Assembly: GCF_009914755.1 (NCBI RefSeq)
Contig: NC_060944.1
Length of the DNA stretch: 64,000 bases
Source of the DNA: the human T2T-CHM13v2.0 reference genome, Homo sapiens
Strand: one strand, 5' to 3'
The position numbers were made by a program, and so were the translations under genes. Below, piece after piece: positions 1 to 16,514 of this stretch. The notes beneath the pieces are model-generated. The model searched no databases and was not told the origin of the DNA. It was given only the letters and a program-made list of their open reading frames with translations. The number at the start of each line of letters is the position of its first letter. The first letter of the stretch is position 1.

Positions 1-310
1 AGGTGCGGTGGCTCACACTTGTAATCCCAGCACTTCGGGAAGCTGAGGTGGGTGGATCACCTGAGATCAGGGGTTCAAGACCAGTCTGGCCAACATGGCG
101 AAACCCTGTCTCTACTAAAAGTACAAAAATTAGCCGGATGTGGTGGTACGTGCCTGTAATCCCACTTACTCCGGAGGCTGAGGCACAAGAATCGCTTGAA
201 CCCGGGAGGTGGAGGTTTCAGTGAGCCGAGATTGCATCACTGCACTCCAACCTGGGTGACAGAGTGAGACTCAGTCTTAAAAATAAATAAATAAATAAAT
301 AAATAAAAAT
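1..310 (+). mobile_element. Alu (AluS-type), 5' end cut by the window, (AAAT)n tail
   Basis: Alu dimer consensus (gtggctcac...tgtaatcccagcac...linker taaaagtacaaaaattagcc) ending in (AAAT)n. Confidence 0.95.
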
Positions 311-350
311 AAGGAGCCTAGATTTGAGGATTAAAAGAAGAGTAATAAAG

Positions 351-760
351 CTTTTCCACCATGGCTGCCACTGGAGAGCAGCAGCCATGGCTCTGCGCTA
401 CCCTATGGCCATGGGCCTCAACAAGGGCCACAAGGTGACCAAGAACGTGAGCAAGCCCAGGCACAGCCGCTGCAGTGGGTGTCTGACCAAATACACTGAG
501 TTTGTGCGGTACATGATCCGGGAGGTGTGTGGCTTTGCCCTGTACAAGCAGCATGCTATGGAGTTACTGAAGGTCTCCAAGGACAAACAGGCCCTCAAGT
601 TCATCAAGGAAAGGGTGGGGACACACATCCACGCCAAGAGGAAGCAGGAGGAGCCGAGCCAATGTCCTGGCCGCCATGAGGAAAGCCACTGCCAGGAAAG
701 ACTGAGCCCCCTCCCCTGCCCTCTCCCGGAAATATAGAACAGCTTGACAAAAAAAAAAAA
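351..760 (+). pseudogene. RPL36P2: Processed pseudogene of ribosomal protein L36 (eL36), antisense within a RIPOR3 intron
   Basis: From ATG 387: [44 protein letters not shown]...[28 protein letters not shown] matches RPL36. Intronless, with 5'UTR/TOP-like start and a +1 frameshift near 660 (ancestral TGA at 703-705). PolyA signal decayed to AATATA; A-tail 749-760. TSD aaaagaa(g/c)agtaataaa at 333-349 and 757-773, after a tt|aaaa L1 endonuclease site. The P2 number is from memory and less certain than the RPL36 identity. Confidence 0.93.
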
Positions 761-1129
761 GAACAGTAATAAAAATCTGGTATCAGAAATGAACTTACAG
801 GAAGAAATACAGTCAAGTAGCCCAAATGCCAATGCTCTCTGATCAGCATGCTCTGCCTGTGCAGGCAATGCCGTGTGGGAGGCCAAGTCATAGTCCTGTG
901 CTTTACCCTTGGGGCAGCATCTGTTGGCTTTACCTGCCCAGCATCCATCCCCTCCCTCTAGTAGTAGCACCTCAATTTTCCTCTGGGGCACCTCCCCAGC
1001 TCTGCTTTTTATACTTGTGGTTTGGGGGAAAGGTAGCCTGACTAATCAACATGCACACACACATTTGCACATGCACACATGCACACGGGATTGTTTGGCA
1101 AATCCACATTCCAGGCCTGCGTTAGTTAA

Positions 1130-1460
1130 CATATTCTGCTCCCCTGGGCCAAGAAGTATGGGGATCAAGCCTGGCCAGTAGCCAGCCAGGAGTTCAGAAT
1201 TCACAGAAGGGAGAAGTGTTTTTTCCCCTGGCATTGCTAACCTGGGGAACATATACCTGGGACTTCCAGCCTCCTCCTTTTGCCACCATGTAGGGAAACT
1301 GGGGCCAACACAGAGAGGAACAAACAGAGTCAGACCAAATCTCCATGACAGTGAGTTCCTGGATCTAGCTATGTCTAAAGCTGAACCTGCCCGTGGACTT
1401 TGCAGTTACATGAGCCAACTGGCTCTCTTTTTTAGCTTAAGCCAGCTGGAGTTGGGAGTG
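1130..1460 (+). mobile_element. Old MaLR LTR fragment (MLT1J/K-like)
   Basis: ggactttgcagttacatgagccaa...ttttagcttaagccagctggagttggg resembles the MLT1 3' end. Confidence 0.6.
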
Positions 1461-1810
1461 TGGACTGGATGATCCTAAAAACTGCCTTTCAGTGGTGATG
1501 GCTGGGTCCCTCAACCTTTAGAGATGTAGCAGCATCTCAAGACTGATTATAGGAGTACGAGGCCAGGGCACCCTCATCACAGCACAGAGCTGGTTTCCCT
1601 GGCATCTAAGCCTCTTCTCAGGATCCCATAACTTATCCATGAGGCTGGCTGATGCAGCCTTTGCTCACCAACAGATGTGTTGAATTCTGCTCTTAGCCCT
1701 CTAAAGCCATCAGCCAGGCGCCCTGGCACCAGGTATCACTTAATGACAACATTCTCACAAAAGAGACATGGTGGAAATGACTCTTAGATCTAACTTTGGC
1801 ATCAGTTCTC

Positions 1811-2410
<600 letters not shown>

Positions 2411-2591
2411 ACACTACCCAAGGCTCTGTCTTTTCACTGGTAAAATGGGACCACGTAATACATCAGAGGATGGTGCTGAGAATTCTATTAGATGCCAGGC
2501 CCAAAATGTGGCACAAAGGAGACCTTTTACATGCAAGCTGTTGTTAGAATCATCACATCCTATCTGTATCTTTCCCCTGGCTCACAGCTTA

Positions 2592-2981
<390 letters not shown>

Positions 2982-3408
2982 TTAGAGAACAGAGAACCTG
3001 GCCCCTGCAGGCAGAGCGGGATAGCGAGTGCACCCCTGGGTGTTCCCAGCTGGAGACAGAGGGAGCAAAGGTGGAGAATGGGACCTGGTATGCTCTGGGA
3101 GTGGATGCAAGGAGCAAGGTTTGACCCAGGCAGAAGTGGGAGTCTGCAGAGGGGCCTGGACCTGGGGCCTCTCTAGTTTTGGGGACCCAGGATGTGTGAG
3201 AGGAGGAGAAGGGCAGCTCCCAGAGAAAGTCCAGCTTCCAACACCTTTACAATGACAAGTAATGTCTCTGTAGAGCAGAGAAACTAAGCTCAGGCCAGGG
3301 CTAGTGGGCTGCTGAACAGCTGACACAAGCCCAAGGGCCTCAGGAGCCTGGTGAGAACACGTGAGCCTAAGTAACTGGGGGCACCTGCTGCCGCCAGGAG
3401 CTCGCTAA

Positions 3409-3771
<363 letters not shown>

Positions 3772-4692
3772 TAATGTTAAGTGATGCTTTCCAAAGCCCA
3801 CAGGGGCTGTGCTCCCTCTTCCCCTTGCCCTCCCTGAGGCCCCATCACCCACCTCTTGAACCGGGCCCTCCGCAAGTTTGCCATCTTGAGGCTGGCAGAG
3901 ACGGTCAGGGCTGCAGACTCGGGAAAAGGCAGGTTTCTGAGAGGTTAGGGACCCCGGCAGGTGGGCAGCAGGCAGTGGGGCAGGAGCTCGCTCACTCCCA
4001 GCTCCTGCCTCCAGCCCCCAACAGGTGTGCACCGTTGGCCCAGCCCCGCTTCCATCCACCTGGGGACCTTATACCCTCGCTGCTGCAGCCACACCTGGAT
4101 GCACCTGCTCCCGGGAAAGCTCTGAGCCTAGTGCTCCTTGTGTGAGGTTTAACAGGACAGGCTCAGTGGCCACTCTGAGAGCCCGCCCACCCGGGGAAGG
4201 TGATGCACATGCAGCCTCCAGATGGCCAAATCAGGCAGCATGTCTGGCCCAGGTGTCACAGAAGCCGGGGCAGGAAGAGCCTCTGGGGCCGGATGTTTCA
4301 CCAGGTCTGGGAGGACTCAGTAAATATTAAACAGCCCCTGGCATGCCAGACAAGCTTCCAGACGGGCACGTGCAACCTGCCGGCCCCAGCCCTCACGTGA
4401 GGTTGCTACAGCAGTCCTTCTGCCTGGTGTGGTTGGCAGAGGCCTTGGTACTCGGCTGTTGCAAGTGCAGGCTCTGGAGGCAGACAGGGCCGGGCTCAAG
4501 TCCTGCACCTGCCCCCAGCCTCCAGGCGGGACAATTATAGGACTGACTGCACAGGCTTCAGGTGAAGACTCCATGCAACAAGGACGTGAGCCAACCATTT
4601 ACCCAGGTGCCTGGCGGTGCTGGCCACTGGGTGATGATGACAGGCATGCACTCGGCACTTGCCAAGCTCAAATTCTGCTCTCAGTGCTTTTG

Positions 4693-5187
<495 letters not shown>

Positions 5188-5824
5188 TAATGGCTGCTAT
5201 TTCGTTTTCACACCCACACTTCTTAGCCATCCCAACAGAGGAATTCCCAAGCTGAGGAGGATGTCCCAGTGGCTCCTGGCTCGGGGAGTACCTGCCTGAC
5301 TGCCTGGGGGAGGGAGACCTGGCTGAGGAGGGGCAGGAAAGGGGGAAGGGCAACCATGCCTGTCAACTGGGGCAGAGTAGGACAGTATCGGGGCCTGGCC
5401 CTCTCCTCCTTCATCCTCACTGTTTATCCTCTCATCTCTCTATCCTCCCACCCCCCAGGTCCAGCTCTTGGGAAATGGCCTTATTATGTCAATCATTCAC
5501 ACCTTAGTATAAAATTTCCCCACCAGGTTACTTCCCCAAGTGAGCCATCTGACTGTGGAGTAAAAATCCCTGTCTATAGTGAAAGGGGTTTCAAGGTGCC
5601 AGAGTAGGGGTCAAGGTGGTGATGGGAAGAGAAGGGGCATCAGCCCACCCTCTCCATGCAGAGCCCTGCCCTCCTGCCAGGTTGTTTGCCTTGACAGTGC
5701 GGCTGCGCTTCGGCCTGCTCGGGTTACCAGGGAACAAGGCCAGAAGGTGGGGCCTGAAACCCAATCAGGCTCCAGCCCTGGCTCCAAGGGTTCAGACCCC
5801 AGGGAGCTCGACGGAGACAGGAAG

Positions 5825-5834
5825 TTAAAAATAG
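5825..5834. promoter_or_regulatory. MEF2 consensus site (TTAAAAATAG) in unique GC-rich intronic sequence
   Basis: Exact match to YTA(A/T)4TAR; motif only. Confidence 0.3.
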
Positions 5835-6281
5835 ATGCACCGCTTCCCCGTCGGTGTGGGCAGCTTCTTCCTTGCCCTCACACAAGGGGGCGGCAGAGGC
5901 CAAGGCCAGGTGGGGGCTGCCCAGGGACCTCCGAACCAGCCCAGGCCCAGCATCCTCTGGCATCCTTGACAATCAGATGGGGGACAGGAGGGGTCTGAGA
6001 TATTAGAGCCATCAGGGCTGTCTTTCCTAGACTAGGACTTGGACACTGTGGGACCCTTGCTGACGGCCAGCGAGCCCTGGTGTCAAGGGGATGGATCACC
6101 TCTGTCCTCCTTCCTCCCAAAGAGCTGATCCCAGGAATCCAGGAAGGGGCCAACGAGAGGCAGAGGCCTACCGTGGGGGCACTCTCTGGGCAGAGCTCCC
6201 CTCTAGGGCCTGAGGGGACATGTCCCATGGATGCAGGACATTCAGAGGCCCCCACAGGCCTGGCAGGAGGAGAGCTGCAGG

Positions 6282-7503
<1,222 letters not shown>

Positions 7504-8269
7504 GGTACAGGGTCTGCAGACCCTACCCCTCCTTCCAGACCACACAAGGGTCCCTACAGTGCTTCAGTGGACCAGCCCCACTCCAGGGCACACAGCTGGG
7601 AGAGGGTCACCTGGGCCGGATGGCCCCCTGGCCAGGTAACCCGCACAGCTGACCTTCCCAGCCTTGATTACAGACCCCTGCAAGAAAGTGGGGGACTCTG
7701 ATAAAGCCCAGGAAGAGGCAGCTCAGAAATGGTTAAGTTGAGAAACAGCATCATTTCCTGGCCGGTTTATACTTAACCCCCTCTTTGCAGCACTTATGGA
7801 GTGCCTGCTGTGTGCCTTTCTCAGGCAGCACCCACTCTTTCTGTTCTCTGAGGCTTGGAGTTGGGGCACTGAGCACTAACTGCTCTGGAGCCTGGGTCAA
7901 ATTCTTCTCGTCTTGGGGCATCAACTTAAACCCTTCCCAGGCTCCCCTCCACTGAGAATGTGTCTCAAGGCCTCACTGCAGCCCATGAGGCTCCGCAGGG
8001 TCCTCCTCCCTCCCTGACTGCTGTCACGCATGCCAGCCGCACACCTGCTTTCTGTCCCTTAAAGCTCATTCCCACCCAGGACATCTGCACTCGCAGCTGC
8101 CTCCCGCCGCTGAAGGCTTCCCGGCCCACCCCCATCTGCACACGCGCAGATCCACTTCTTCTGTCCCTTCCTGCCTCCACTCCCCATGCCCCTGTCTCGT
8201 CAGGCTCTCCCAGGAGACCATGGGTGCCCTCCCCCACCCCCAGTTCAGTTCCCTCACAGCACTGCCACC

Positions 8270-8402
8270 AGCTGGATCTGTCTCAATTATCACTGGCTTA
8301 TTGTTTGCTGCCATCAGCTCCCAGGACAGCAGGGCCTGGGTCTGTCCCCAGAGCCCAGGACAGGGCCAGAGTAGGTGCTCCGTGAATATCTGCTGCGTGA
8401 AC
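8270..8402 (+). mobile_element. L2 3' end remnant
   Basis: cagctcccaggacagcagggcc...agtaggtgctccgtgaatatctgctg resembles the L2 terminus. Confidence 0.55.
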
Positions 8403-9533
8403 AGGGATTCCTAAGGTGCTTCCAGCTGGGACACTCCAGGATCTTAACCCTGGGGTCCCGGCACCACCACCCATGGGAAGGGAGCCCCCAGGGAAAGGTT
8501 AGTGAGCTGGGAGGGCTGACCTCAGGGGGGTGGAGGTGGGGTCCTATCCCCGCAGCAAATGCCCCTGGGAAGGAGCTCAGGGAGCACACACAGGAGGGAC
8601 CTGGCCTGGTCTGGAGCTCAGGGGTCCTCCCCCAGGACCTAGCAGGAAGCCAATGCCTGCAGGTGATTCAACGGGAACTGGAGGTGGAGGAGTGGGGTAG
8701 GAGCTCCAGCGGGAGGACACACATGTGCTGAGGCCCTGAGGCCGGGAGGGGAGGGAGGTAGGCTGCTGGGGCCAGGTCCCAGGGGCCTCTAGCCAGGAGG
8801 GCGCTGGGTTTATTCTAAGTAGGTTGGGAATCTTTGCAGGGTTTCAAGTCGGGGAAGAGCATGGTGGGATTTTATTGTTGACTGACTCACTGACCTACTG
8901 AGTTCTGCACTCTGCTCTGGCTGGGGACCCCGACCTGTCCACCCCGTTGGCTCAGACAGACAGAGGTTTGGCCCCTTCAGGATGTCGATAAACTGCCCCA
9001 GTCCCCAGGCCTGCCTGCTCGTAAATGGTTCCCTGGGGGCTTGCACAGTGCCTGGCATGAGGCCCTGGAGCGAGGGGGCAGCAGGCCTGAGCTCATCGGG
9101 CTGTGGCCTCCAGAAGCAGAAACAACCTTCCTCCCAGGGACTTAGTACCTAAAGCCGGAGGAGACACAGGACGGGGCAGCAGGCAGGGCCTGGCCCGGCC
9201 AGCACCCCCAGGGAACTCAGCCACAGGGTCAATGCTGCCCCCCAGGCCCATCTGTGCCAAGCCTGCTCCCTCATCCGGTAACCCCCCACAGCACCAGCTG
9301 CACCGGCTGCTGGCCCTGCCTCCCTCGTGGTTCCTTCCCGACAGCCCCGTGAGCAGGGTGCACCCACAATTCCCATTGTTCAGATGAAGACAAGGCTGAA
9401 GAGGTGAGGTCACTTGCCCCAGGTCACAGAGCCAGAAGAGGTGGCCCCATTGCCTAGTCTTCCAGACAGGAAGAACATTCCTTCCCAACCCCGCCCGTGG
9501 AAGACCCAACCCTGGGCCAGTTTTGCTGTGTGA

Positions 9534-10107
<574 letters not shown>

Positions 10108-10166
10108 TGAAATGATAACTGTTCAGGTTTCAAGGAAATGATAGGTTTATCCCAACACTAAGAAAC

Positions 10167-10193
10167 TCTGTCTCTCTGTCTCTCTCTCAATCT

Positions 10194-10233
<40 letters not shown>
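10167..10233. repeat. (CT)n microsatellite
   Basis: Direct observation. Confidence 0.9.
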
Positions 10234-10234
<1 letters not shown>

Positions 10235-10362
10235 GGGCTGCAAGCCGGCCTGAGAGTGGGCCTTCGGGTCTCTGGCAGCAGGAGGAGGATGACCCTGCCC
10301 TTCCCCAGCCCATTAACAAGCCCCACCCCTGCACCCCGAAACAGGACACGGGGGGAACTTAC

Positions 10363-10472
10363 GCGATCCTCCGGCTCTGTGCACTGCTGAAGCCTGCGAA
10401 GGAGGCGCTCCGGCCCACGACCCCCACGGCCCCTGTGTCCCCAGGGGACAGGAACCGCAACCTCACCGACAT
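10363..10472 (-). CDS. RIPOR3: RIPOR family member 3 (FAM65C), start-codon exon (whole exon 10363-10481, 119 nt)
   Basis: Minus strand reads ctctccttgcag|GTGACCACC ATG TCG GTG AGG...AGG ATC GC|gtaagt, with a canonical acceptor, a strong donor and a phase-2 end. It translates MSVRLRFLSPGDTGAVGVVGRSASFAGFSSAQSRRI(A), the RIPOR3 N-terminus with the RIPOR-family RSxSFAG motif. The next exon is not in the window. Confidence 0.96.
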
Positions 10473-11039
10473 GGTGGTCACCTGCAAGGAGAGGACAGGA
10501 GAGTCAGCCTGGCATCACCATCCAGCGAGTGCCGTCCGCAGGCCAGCCACCTTCCACCAACACCTACAGACCTCACAATGGCCCCAGAGTGTTGTGGGGG
10601 CTGGTACTGTGCCCAGCTCACAGGTCAGCAAGCTGAGGTCCCATGAGGTTAGGGGACCTGATGGGGGACAGTGATGGGAATGGAATTCGAACCCAGGTGT
10701 CTGTACTCTGCACTCTGTGCTCAGGTCCTTAGTGCCGGGCAATGCTGCCTCCCAGAGCAAGGGGACAGCACCTCCTGAACACAGCCCTCTCACCCCCCGA
10801 GCTTCTCCTCTCCCCTCCTCCAGCCCTCCCTGAGCACCTAACACAGGTGAACTCTGCAAGGCAGGCCAAGTCCCCCCATCCTCAAGGGCTCCAGCCCAGC
10901 AGGGAGGCCCACCTACTGCCGAACAGTTACGATACAGAGTCCATGCTGGAGTTATGGGGGTCCCAGGGGGAATCTGACCCAGCCATGAAGAGGCGCCCAA
11001 GAGCTGAGTAGGAAGGCTGACGTGGGGTGAAGGGGAAGG

Positions 11040-11260
11040 GTGTCTAAGGCCGAGGGAACAGCCTGGGCAAAGGCCAGGATGCATGAGGGGACTTGGTGTC
11101 ATCCAGAAACAGCAAGAAGCTCAGTGGGCTAAAGACGAGGTCAGAGAGGCCGGCAGGGCTCAGGTCCCAAGAGGCATTGGTAGCCCCAAGCAGGGGCTTG
11201 GCCTTACAATGGGGCAAGGGTGACTGGGAGCCATGGGAGGGCTTTCAGCAGGGGGTGGAA
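11040..11260 (-). mobile_element. L2 fragment
   Basis: gggaacagcctgggcaaaggcc...gggagccatgggagggctttcagcaggggg is typical L2 body sequence. Confidence 0.55.
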
Positions 11261-12279
11261 AAGTCCAATTCACATGAAGCCAGACTGCTGGTGTCAAGGG
11301 CTGCTTCCACCCCGATCCATTGCCCAGTCTCCGACCCACCCTGCAATGGGGCCAACCCCGAGCCCTGGCCGTCTTCTCTTTTTTCCAAACCATCTCTAGA
11401 TTGAGAAAATGCCACCCTATCCCTTGGGAATATAGGTCAGCATCTTCCAGCACGGGCAGCTGGAAAGTTCTGCTTCATATCTAACCTAAATCTCTGCTGC
11501 TACAGTTTCATACTTTGCTCCTTTGCCAGGGTGGTGTCAATCCAAGGATTCCAGGGACCCCATTGCCCAGACAAAACCTACGAAAAAGCTCCAGTCCACC
11601 TCATCTTCCTGCACGATGAGACCCCCATGTTCCAACATCTCTTTCCCCCAGGGGCCAAGTCCACCCCACTACACCTCTGCTCACTTGGGGGTCTCTGCCT
11701 GGAAAAACTTCCTGTATCGAGCCACATCTGCCCAGCATCTACTACTGCACCTCCTGGCAGATCTGTGCAGCCTCCACAAGCCTCCTCCTCCCATATATCC
11801 CCCACCCCACAGCCCCACATGTGCCGTACATAGGAAAGCTTGGCAACAAAGAAGGTGGACCTGGGCTCAAATCCCAACTCTGCCACTCAGGCTCTGGGCC
11901 TCAGTGATCACAAGAGTAAAAGGGGAATTCAGAAAGAACCTCCCACGGAGACTGCTGGAAGGACCAAGGAAAGCATGTCCCGAGAGCCCACAGTGTGCAA
12001 GAGACATGTCGGAAGAGCTGGCTGTCTCTGTGCAATTGGCTAAGACCCCAGCTCTGCAGGTGAGCCAGGTGACCCAGATAAGCCAGGTGACCCAGGGAGA
12101 GCCAAGTGAGAAGTGAGCGGCTTCTAGCCCGGATGGAGGAAGGTGGCAAGCATTTGCTGACCACTCGCTGTGTGGCAAGCCTGGTGCCCCATGAGTGGCT
12201 ACGAATCCATGAACAGCTATGAACCCATGCCCAGCAGTGCTGTGTACAGATGGGGAAGTTGAGGCATCATTCATCAAGT

Positions 12280-12460
12280 GCTCATTACTAAGCTGGCCCT
12301 GCACTAAATGCTTTATGTAAATTATGAAATCCATACAACCCTCTTAAGAGCAGGAGCTTTTGATGATCTAATTCCATAGATGAGGAAACTGAGGCTCAGA
12401 GAGGTGATGAGACTAGCCCAGGAGCCCCAGCAGGGCACCTGAGCACTGGGTTTAGAACCC
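12280..12460 (-). mobile_element. MIR
   Basis: MIR core atagatgaggaaactgaggctcagagagg. Confidence 0.7.
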
Positions 12461-12561
12461 GAGGATGCCCGATGTCAGAGCTTGTCTTACCTGCGGTCAG
12501 GAGAGCCTTGCACTGGGGCCTTGCCCCTGCCCCCATAAAGAGGTCCCCTACAGTCCCCTCC

Positions 12562-13075
<514 letters not shown>

Positions 13076-13589
13076 CTGTTACCCCTATCAGCACCTATGC
13101 AGGGCCTGAGAAGCTGCTCAAACTGCTTGATCCCCCCAGCCAAGCCAGGCAAGAGAATAAGGACGGAGTAGGGAGGGATTCCCAAAGGTGAGTAGTTGAG
13201 ACGTACTCCGGAGCCAGCCTGGGCACTGGAGCTGGAAGGGGCTTCCCCGGCCCCTCCCTCTGCACCTTCCCATCAGAAGCCTTCTGGGCCGTTCCTGGAG
13301 CTTCACCCCAGTCACTCCACTTCAAGGTCAGAGAGAAGGACAATTGCTAAGCAGTTCCTCCCGATGCAAAGCTCAAAACAAGCCCCAGGTCCTCCTGCTC
13401 AGTGTGAGAGAGAGGACGACGAAGGAGGGAAACTAAGGCTCGGAGCAGACCTGCAGAACCTGACAGCGGATTCATCACTCATAGCACTGTGAGGTTCAAT
13501 GGCCCCATTTTTCATATGAGGAAAGAAAGGCTCTGAGAGGTGAGAGGCGACTCAGGGACACACATATTTCTTTCTTTATTTCCTTTTCC

Positions 13590-13906
13590 TTCTTTCTTTC
13601 TTTTCTTTTTTTTTTTTTTTTTTTTAGACAGGGTCTGACTCTATTGCCCAGGCTGGCGTGCAGTGACACGATCTCAGCTCACTGCAACCTCCACCTGCTG
13701 GGCTCAAGCCATCCTCCCACATCAGCCTTTCACGTGGCTGGGACTACAGGCACACACCACCATTCCCAGCTAATTTTTGTATTCATTGTAGAGATAGGGT
13801 TTCGCCATGTTGTCCAGGCTGTTCTCGAACTCCTGAGCTCAAGCGATCCACCCACCTCAGCTTCCCAAAGTGCTAGGATTATAGCCGTGAGCCACCGCGC
13901 CTGACC
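13590..13906 (-). mobile_element. AluJ inserted in a MIR
   Basis: Reverse Alu; TSD-like ggacac(a/t)cat. Confidence 0.92.
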
Positions 13907-14317
13907 AGGACACTCATTTTTCAAACTGAAGTCTGGCTCTTCCTTCTTCCACGTGCCATGGCCACATGGATTGGCTTCCTGGCTAAACCCTCCTCATCTT
14001 TCAGCCCAGATGTCCCCTCCCCCAGGAAGCCTTCCTGGACACCTCCCCACTCCTAGCTGTGTCTGGTGTTTCCTCTGGATGCCCCTGACCTCCTCTGTTA
14101 TAGTGGACTGTGAATGGTGACTTGTCTATCTCTCCATCCTAGACAGGGAGCTCCCTGCAGGCAGGGACCAGGTGCATGGAAGATTCATAACACATCTTTA
14201 TTGAACCAGAAAACAATGAAGGAAAGGTTGACGCTGCTTCCCCTACTTCACCAGGCTGTGCAGCCCAAGAGGAAGGTGCTGGAATAATAACAGTAATACT
14301 AATACTAATAACCACTA

Positions 14318-14875
<558 letters not shown>

Positions 14876-14997
14876 GGTAGCCAGCACTGCCTGCTACCTG
14901 CTCTGAGGACTTAAAATTCTCATTTCATTCTCCCAACACCATATGAGACAAGTACTATTACTATCCCCATTTTGCAGATAAGGAAACCGAGGCTCAT

Positions 14998-15330
14998 GCC
15001 AGGCGTGGCGACTCACGCCTATAATTCCAGCACTTTGAGAGGCTGAGATGGGCGGATCACTTGAGCCCAGGAGTTCGAGACCAGCCTGGGTGTCATAGTG
15101 AGACCCGGTCCCCACAAAAAATACAAAAATTACCCAGATGTGGTGGCGTGCACCTGTAGTCGAGCTACTGCGGCAGGCTGAGGTGGGAGGATCATTAGAG
15201 ACCTCCCAGCAAGTCGAGGCTGCAGTGAGCTGAGACTGCACCACTCCAGCCTGGCTAACACAGTGAGACCCTGTCTCAAAAGAAGGAAAGGAAGGAAAGA
15301 AGGAAAGGAAAAAGGAAAGGAAGAAAAGAA
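14998..15330 (+). mobile_element. AluJ with (GGAAA/GAAG)n tail inserted in a MIR
   Basis: Alu consensus; 17-bp TSD aaggaaaccgaggctca at 14980-14996 and 15329-15345. Confidence 0.92.
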
Positions 15331-16205
15331 GGAAACCGAGGCTCAGAGAGGACGGAAATGAGTCCTCCGAGGTCACACAGGTAGGAAATGCCAGAGCTGA
15401 AACTGGACCGGGGCGCGCTGGACTCCAAAGCCTGGCTTCGGGACTCCGCTGTGCTTGCTCCCGCAGCTCTGCTGAGGACACGCCCCCCTCCCAGGAGCCA
15501 GACCTCCTCCAGCGGGGAAGAGGCCCCAGAATGGAAATAGGATTGGGAGGGGGACCTGCCAAGCTAGAAAGATAGCCCTGGGTGGTGGCCGAGAAAAATC
15601 AAGCCCAACCTCTTTTGGCTTCAGGGTGTTGCAGCCCCAGCCCCTGTGGGCCCCCTTGGGGCCTGCGGACCGCGACAGTTCCCAGGCAGCTCAGCTGCGC
15701 CCCCTCCCGGCTGGGCCTGGTGGGGCTGATCCATGACGTTGACTTGGAGTCCAGCCAAGCAGTGTTTCTTGTGGTAAAAGAAACAGACCTCCCCCTGGAT
15801 GATTGGGGATGGGATGGCCAGGCTGAGACCCACAATCTCAGGAGCCTTCAGCGGACAGCTCCTGACAAGTCCAGTTTGTCACCTGCGACCAAGGGTGACA
15901 TTCCTGATGTTTAAGCAATGGCACAGCAGCAAATGGAGGCTGGGTGCTGGAGCAGGGTCTTGAAGACCCTGTCCCCTCCCACCATGTGTCACCACCCCTG
16001 CTGGGGCTGGCATTAACCCTTTAGCTACTGGATTGTGGGCAGGTCTAGGAGGTCCCTGGGGAGGCATCAGGAAGAGAGGAGGAATGCTCGGGTGGCTTAG
16101 GGCAGCCCTGGGTAACCAGCACTCTGCAGGCATGAGAGACAGTGCAGAGACCCTGCTGGGCCCCAGGGCAGAGAAGGGAGGCACAGAGTCATGCAGTTCC
16201 CAAAC

Positions 16206-16514
16206 CTTTGGTGGCAGACAGGACAGCCTCTTCTACTCCGTGTCCCTCGCTGCCTCTCTCTGGCCTGGCACTTAGAACTGATGCCGTTCAGACCCGGCTG
16301 GTGTGTGCAGGGAGAGGAAGCCAGATGCTCCCAGACACTGGGGACTGTCCTGGGCCTCCGTCCCCAAGGTGTGGCTGGAGGAAGCAGAGTCTACTCCCGC
16401 TAAGTCTGTCCGCTCACTGCTGGCCAAAGCTGCCCTGCGTCTCCTCCCCACCGCCAGCCAGAGGGAACCTGCAATTTCACCTCATTTAGAGGTAAAACAT
16501 CTAAATTTAACGTT
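16206..16514 (-). other. RIPOR3: Candidate non-coding alternative first exon of RIPOR3 (proximal promoter isoform)
   Basis: Unique sequence about 6 kb upstream of the ATG exon. Possible donor CAAAG|gtttgg at 16206/16205; TATA-like CATAAAAG (minus strand, 16544-16537) about 30 nt upstream of the proposed start. Agrees with my recollection of a short RIPOR3 isoform starting here. Boundaries are inferred. Confidence 0.45.

Noticed and set aside
324-737. 137-aa ORF with RPL36 similarity as a functional gene
   Set aside because: Non-ATG start, frameshifted C-terminus, many substitutions of conserved Arg, decayed polyA signal, and TSD plus A-tail mark it as a processed pseudogene.
14894-15562. Longest ORF in the track (222 aa, minus strand)
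   Set aside because: Runs through MIR, an antisense AluJ and its pyrimidine tail; typical Alu-derived peptide.
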